Shown piece after piece: positions 59,604-64,000 of a stretch of 64,000 bases of DNA. The stretch spans positions 18,059 through 82,058 of the forward strand of contig DBDW01000002.1 of NCBI GenBank assembly GCA_002293825.1, in the 5' to 3' direction. A program made the position numbers and the translations under genes. Within the stretch, counting starts at the first letter, position 1. Each line of letters starts with the position of its first letter. Source of the DNA: Candidatus Magasanikbacteria bacterium UBA922 (GTDB lineage: Bacteria; Patescibacteriota; Patescibacteriia; Magasanikbacterales; UBA922). The notes below the pieces were generated by a model. That model worked only from the letters and a program-made list of their open reading frames with translations, had not been told where the DNA came from and searched no databases.

Positions 59604-62372
59604 TTACATTCTAGATCGCTCAACACGAAGCGTAATACCTGGACCAAGCACAACTACATCTCTGCGACGTAATTCGCCCTTGAGCACCAAATTCGCAAGT
59701 TCATTTTCTACTCGATCCTGAATTGCGCGACGCATGGGTCGAGCACCAAAATCTGGATCAAAGCCTACTCGAGCCAATTCTTCTAATGCAGCATCTTCAA
59801 CTGTAAACCCAACCCCTTTTACCTCCAAATCTTGTGCAACCTGTTTCAACATAAGTCCTGCGATTTGTTTAATTTCAGAATTTTGAAGTGGTTTAAAGAG
59901 CACAATTCCATCAAAACGATTCAAAAATTCAGGACGATAGTAATTTTTGAGCTCGCCACGAATAAGTTCATCACGAATAGACCCAAGCTCAATACCCTGC
60001 TTCAAACGATCAGCAACATAGCTGGTACCCGCATTTGACGTTGCGATAATAATAGTATTGGTAAAATCTACCACCCGACCAGTACTATCAGTCAACCTAC
60101 CATCATCAAGTACTTGTAAAAACAAATTCAAAATATTACTATCAGCTTTTTCAAGTTCATCAAGAAGAACAAGAGAAAAGGGATGCTGTCGTACAGCTTC
60201 AGTCAAAATACCTGACCCTTGTATTCCAGGCTGGCCAATCAATCGATAAATCGCACTTGTATCCTGATATTCACTCATATCAATTCTAATCATACGATTT
60301 TCACCACCAAAATACACACGCGCAATCGTCTTTGCTAATTCAGTCTTACCGACACCAGTAGGTCCGAGAAATAAAAAGCTTGCAATCGGACGATTGTCAG
60401 AACGTATTTCAGCACGAGCTCGACGAAGTGCATTTGCCACCAATACCACCGCCTCACTCTGTCCGATAACCTGAGTATGCATCTCTTCTTCTAATTTTAA
60501 TAATTTTTCAGATTCAGAAGCTGTAATTGATGCCACTGGCACTCCTGTCTTCTCTGCAACTACAGTACCCACATCATCGGCCGATACTAATGTATGCTCA
60601 CCATGAGCACTTCGAGCATAACTACCAGCCTCGCTCATGAGTGCAAGTGCGCTTTGTGGTAAATTTTGATCAGTAAAAAACTTATGTGCAAGAATTACAC
60701 TCTTTTCAAGTGCATCATAAGAAAAAAACACGCGCGTTTGATATTCAATCGTACCTGCTTTTGACTCAAGCACTCGAATCGCCTGATTAATATCCATCTC
60801 ACGAATATCAATTTTTGAAAACACCGTCCCAATCTCAGAATGCGAAATTGTGCGCGCATACACATCAGGTAGCGTGGTAGCAAACATGACAAATCGCTGA
60901 CTTCTGAGATACTCAGCAAGAGATTCAGACACGTCCAACCCCTGCCCCTGTGCATCAGACACACCCATGAGATCATGAATATTATCAATAAAAAGTATAA
61001 TATTTCGAGCTCGAGTAACCTCATTCATAATACGAATCAAACGTTCCTGAGCTCCTGCAGCAGTAGTACCAGCAAGAAGTGATGTCGTAGAAATTTGCAC
61101 CATCCGCTTATCCTGCAATAATTTTGGTACATCTCCCCTAATCATACGTTCTACAAGACCCTGCACAATTGTCATTTTTCCCACACCATGATCCCCCACC
61201 AACATGATGTTACGCCCACCACCTTCGATAATGCGCAAAATTTCATCAATTTCCTGATCTCGAGCTACACACGTATCGATATCTCCATATTTTGCAGCAA
61301 TCGTAAGATCACGACTAAGCTGATTGAGTGCAGGAGTAGCTACCGCAGTCATTGCACGATCCATCCCATGTTTGGAAATTCCTGCTGCAGCACGTGCAAA
61401 AACATGATATTTTTCATACAATGTTTCCCGAATACGAGCCCATTCTATAACATTATCAAGTTTTACTTTATCGACCTCAAGGTCATAAAGCATTTCTTGT
61501 AACACTTCACTATGCTCGACCGTCGCTTTCAGAAAAGTGGTTGCCCGAATTAATGGATCACGATTGTTTCGAGTAATAAAATATGCACGAAAAACAACAT
61601 CTTCAGCGTCAGGAGCAAAAATAGGAGAAAATCGTTTTGGCGACTTATCTCCAAACAATTTTGCAATATGCGCCTGAAGTGCGCCAGCCTGAATTCGCAA
61701 TCTAACACAAATATTGCGCACACTATCTTCTGACAAAAGTGTATATGCGATATGTAGTGCAGTGACATGCGTATGCCCATATGCACGCGCAAGTTCAAAA
61801 CTTTTTTGTATCACTCGTTCAGACTCATGAGACAGGTATTTCGACATGTCAAGATATCGAGAACGACGCATATTTCTCACCTCTTCCCAGGTCGTCGGAG
61901 CAGAAGATACCGTATCAAGAACATTCTTCGAAAGAGGTATCCCATGATATAAAAAACGAATATGAGGAGTTCTCCCTCGAACAATTCGATACCACACATA
62001 CATAAGTCCTAAAAAACCAAGCCACACAAATGCTCGATAGGCATTCCCTGCAGTAGGACCAAACCAAAAAAGTAATGACAACAAATCTTCACTATGTCCC
62101 GCCCGATATGCATAATAAAAAAACCACCCAAAAAGAGCACCTGAACCAGTGAGTGCACCAACAATACGTAGCACATTCAATATTTTTCGACCTTTTCGTA
62201 ATTTGATTGCGTATTCAGTGTACTGCTCACCAAAATACACAAACGTCTCACGATCCAAAACACCCTGAATCATGCCCTGACACTGAGGACATACACGCCC
62301 TTTTTCCTTCCCTGTTCCCTGACACAGGGTACACACGAGAACAGGCAACGATGAAACTTTGGAAAAAAGCAT
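59604..62372 (-). CDS. ClpB/ClpC-like double-AAA+ chaperone with N-terminal DnaJ-type zinc finger and two TM helices
   Basis: N-terminus CTLCQGTGKEKGRVCPQCQG (two CxxCxG repeats), then hydrophobic segments (LRIVGALTGSGALFGWFFYYAY; FVWLGFLGLMYVWYRIV). Clp-N repeat present. AAA-1 Walker A GDHGVGKMT. AAA-2 Walker A GPTGVGKTELAK, followed by sensor regions. Confidence 0.75.
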   Translation of the reverse strand: MLFSKVSSLPVLVCTLCQGTGKEKGRVCPQCQGMIQGVLDRETFVYFGEQYTEYAIKLRKGRKILNVLRIVGALTGSGALFGWFFYYAYRAGHSEDLLSLLFWFGPTAGNAYRAFVWLGFLGLMYVWYRIVRGRTPHIRFLYHGIPLSKNVLDTVSSAPTTWEEVRNMRRSRYLDMSKYLSHESERVIQKSFELARAYGHTHVTALHIAYTLLSEDSVRNICVRLRIQAGALQAHIAKLFGDKSPKRFSPIFAPDAEDVVFRAYFITRNNRDPLIRATTFLKATVEHSEVLQEMLYDLEVDKVKLDNVIEWARIRETLYEKYHVFARAAAGISKHGMDRAMTAVATPALNQLSRDLTIAAKYGDIDTCVARDQEIDEILRIIEGGGRNIMLVGDHGVGKMTIVQGLVERMIRGDVPKLLQDKRMVQISTTSLLAGTTAAGAQERLIRIMNEVTRARNIILFIDNIHDLMGVSDAQGQGLDVSESLAEYLRSQRFVMFATTLPDVYARTISHSEIGTVFSKIDIREMDINQAIRVLESKAGTIEYQTRVFFSYDALEKSVILAHKFFTDQNLPQSALALMSEAGSYARSAHGEHTLVSADDVGTVVAEKTGVPVASITASESEKLLKLEEEMHTQVIGQSEAVVLVANALRRARAEIRSDNRPIASFLFLGPTGVGKTELAKTIARVYFGGENRMIRIDMSEYQDTSAIYRLIGQPGIQGSGILTEAVRQHPFSLVLLDELEKADSNILNLFLQVLDDGRLTDSTGRVVDFTNTIIIATSNAGTSYVADRLKQGIELGSIRDELIRGELKNYYRPEFLNRFDGIVLFKPLQNSEIKQIAGLMLKQVAQDLEVKGVGFTVEDAALEELARVGFDPDFGARPMRRAIQDRVENELANLVLKGELRRRDVVVLGPGITLRVERSRM

Positions 62373-62378
62373 ACGAAA

Positions 62379-62729
62379 CTAAAATGAATAAATCAGTGTA
62401 TATATAATAAAAATTGGAAGAACGATCCATAACAAAAAAGTAACACAGGAAACAATTACCCAACACAACAAAAAAACTGACCGCACACACACATTGACCA
62501 GACGTACAAAAAAACTCACCAATCTTCCCTGCCAATCATACTGCCCAAACATGGGAACAAAAATATGTGCAATCCATACTCCCGGTGCAAATTGCGCATT
62601 CCCTGCTGCAATCATACGTGCAGAAAAACGCCCAGCTCTCACAATCCCTGCGGTATACCACCATAGTGGCGCGTATATAAAATCAAAAAGAAATTCAAGT
62701 ACTAAGCGCTGTAAAATTAAAATCCACAT
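62379..62729 (-). CDS. small polytopic membrane protein (hypothetical)
   Basis: 116 aa with 3 hydrophobic helices, 6 nt upstream of the Clp-like gene. Confidence 0.4.
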   Translation of the reverse strand: MWILILQRLVLEFLFDFIYAPLWWYTAGIVRAGRFSARMIAAGNAQFAPGVWIAHIFVPMFGQYDWQGRLVSFFVRLVNVCVRSVFLLCWVIVSCVTFLLWIVLPIFIIYTLIYSF

Positions 62730-62830
62730 ACAAAAAATAATTTATACCAGTATATCACAAAATATGTAGAAATAACGAATACTAACAATACGTCACGTAT
62801 AACAAAAAACTCCCTAGTAAGGGAGTCGTA

Positions 62831-63175
62831 TTATCGCTTTGCTACAATATCACCCGCAAGAACGGCATAGTGAGGGTTCGAGACAGGTTCGTACTGAAAT
62901 TCATTCAATCGTTCGCGGACAGTCTTGATAGAGGTATGACGTGCAATTTCGACATCCAGACTTCGAGTTTCACGTTCGAGTTGTGTCAATTTTTTCTCAT
63001 AATCAGAAATCACATATCCTTTTGCAGAAACGGTGTTAACTTGCCACATATACAAAATACCAACCACAAACATGAGCACCGACAACATACTTCGGAATGT
63101 TCTTCCAAGAATAATTTTCCTAATATGCTCTCGTTTATCTTTCAGTGTTGTTTTTTTTCGTGCGTATGCGTTCAT
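62831..63175 (-). CDS. ftsL: FtsL-like cell-division protein (single TM + coiled coil)
   Basis: 114 aa. Basic N-terminus, one TM helix (MLSVLMFVVGILYMW), a coiled coil, and a position immediately downstream of rsmH, as in dcw clusters. Confidence 0.55.
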   Translation of the reverse strand: MNAYARKKTTLKDKREHIRKIILGRTFRSMLSVLMFVVGILYMWQVNTVSAKGYVISDYEKKLTQLERETRSLDVEIARHTSIKTVRERLNEFQYEPVSNPHYAVLAGDIVAKR

Positions 63176-64000
63176 ACTTTTTTTAAAATACGTAACTTTG
63201 CCGATCGCGCTCGAGGATTGTCTCTATATTCACGCTCACTCGCCACAATCGGTTTTTTGGTGAGAATAATAAATGCTGTACCTGCGTGTTTTTTAAAATA
63301 ATGTTTGACAATACGATCTTCAAGTGAGTGAAATGTGATAACTGCAAGCACTCCACCTGGAGCCAAGAGTCGAAGCGCTTGTGGGAGTACACGCTCGATC
63401 GTACCCAATTCATCATTGACTGCGATTCTAAGTGCTTGAAAAACTTTTGTGGCGGGATGCAATCCTCCTACCCATGGTATTTCCTTGTCAGTCTTGAGCT
63501 TGGTGCGATACGTTTTGAGTACTACCTCGACTAACTGCCCTACCGTCGTAAGTGCTGTTTCTTTTCGCGCGACAGACAATGCATATGCAATCTCACTCGA
63601 CAATCTTTCTTCACCATACACACGAAATATGTCTTCAAGCTCCTCGACAGAGGACTCTGCAATCAATTCTGCGGCAGTTCGTCTAGAAGAATCATTGATA
63701 CCCCCATACCGCATATCTAAAATCTCATCTGGATTCTGAAAACTGAATCCACGTTTTCGCTCCTCGAATTGTGGTGTAGACCATCCAAAATCCATCAAAA
63801 TTCCATCAACAGGACCAAATGAATGAGCTGCAACAATAGACTCGAGATGCTCAAAATTCTCTCGTGCATATATCACCGCATCAGCATATGTATGAAGGAA
63901 ATGCTTCGCACGAAGTAGTGCCTCAGGATCAGCATCAATACCAAGGAGAAGACCACCAGGAGTAATCCGCTCCAAAATCGCCTCACTATGCCCACCATCT
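63172..64000 (-). CDS. rsmH: 16S rRNA (cytosine1402-N4)-methyltransferase RsmH/MraW, 3' portion (N-terminus beyond window end)
   Basis: RsmH C-terminal and core motifs present (…GGLLLGIDADPEAL…, ITFHSLEDRIVK…). The reading frame is open to the window edge. Confidence 0.85.
   Translation of the reverse strand, partial: DGGHSEAILERITPGGLLLGIDADPEALLRAKHFLHTYADAVIYARENFEHLESIVAAHSFGPVDGILMDFGWSTPQFEERKRGFSFQNPDEILDMRYGGINDSSRRTAAELIAESSVEELEDIFRVYGEERLSSEIAYALSVARKETALTTVGQLVEVVLKTYRTKLKTDKEIPWVGGLHPATKVFQALRIAVNDELGTIERVLPQALRLLAPGGVLAVITFHSLEDRIVKHYFKKHAGTAFIILTKKPIVASEREYRDNPRARSAKLRILKKV

Noticed and set aside
62248-62535. 95-aa ORF spanning the Clp-like gene start and the small membrane protein gene
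   Set aside because: It is an alternate frame overlapping two better-supported ORFs, with Cys/Phe-rich junk composition.

Overview
This 64 kb window is AT-rich (roughly 35-40% GC by eye), gene-dense, mostly minus-strand coded and has no rRNA, tRNA or CRISPR. Short or zero intergenic spacers, abutting or overlapping start/stop codons and the gene content suggest a small-genome bacterium, possibly Patescibacteria/CPR-like; that lineage call is an inference. Read-through housekeeping genes include secA, secD-secF, glyA, pyrG, dnaB, ybaB-recR, era, rarA, tsaE, hpf, rplI and rplU. Peptidoglycan and cell-division genes are scattered through the window: murB, mraY, a MurC/Mpl-type ligase, murA, ctpA, and ftsL-rsmH at the 3' edge. 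A roughly 17 kb surface-glycan locus spans 38.1-54.8 kb: a sugar nucleotidyltransferase, four GT2 enzymes, PGI/PMI, rmlB/rmlD, GT-C-type membrane transferases, a CDP-alcohol phosphatidyltransferase, a GT4 and a methyltransferase. The observations most worth follow-up are listed here in window order:
- SecD carries a tandem parvulin (PpiC) PPIase insertion in its periplasmic head.
- An ATP-grasp / NlpC-P60-like / small-protein trio sits inside the cell-wall cluster.
- An Ate1/Bpt-family tRNA-dependent transferase lies between mraY and murC.
- Five NUDIX-domain genes occur in the window, including a methyltransferase-NUDIX fusion head-to-head with an Elp3-like gene.
- A LysW-like zinc ribbon is divergent from a PLP enzyme.
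- A roughly 330 bp GC-rich island (24.5-24.85 kb) is either a structured RNA or a foreign remnant.
- A GC-rich NUDIX gene at 44.4-45.0 kb is flanked by near-identical 36 bp terminator-like direct repeats, which looks like an inserted cassette.
- A ClpB/C-like AAA+ ATPase carries an N-terminal DnaJ-type zinc finger and a membrane anchor.
All calls rest on reading motifs in the supplied translations; no database search was possible.
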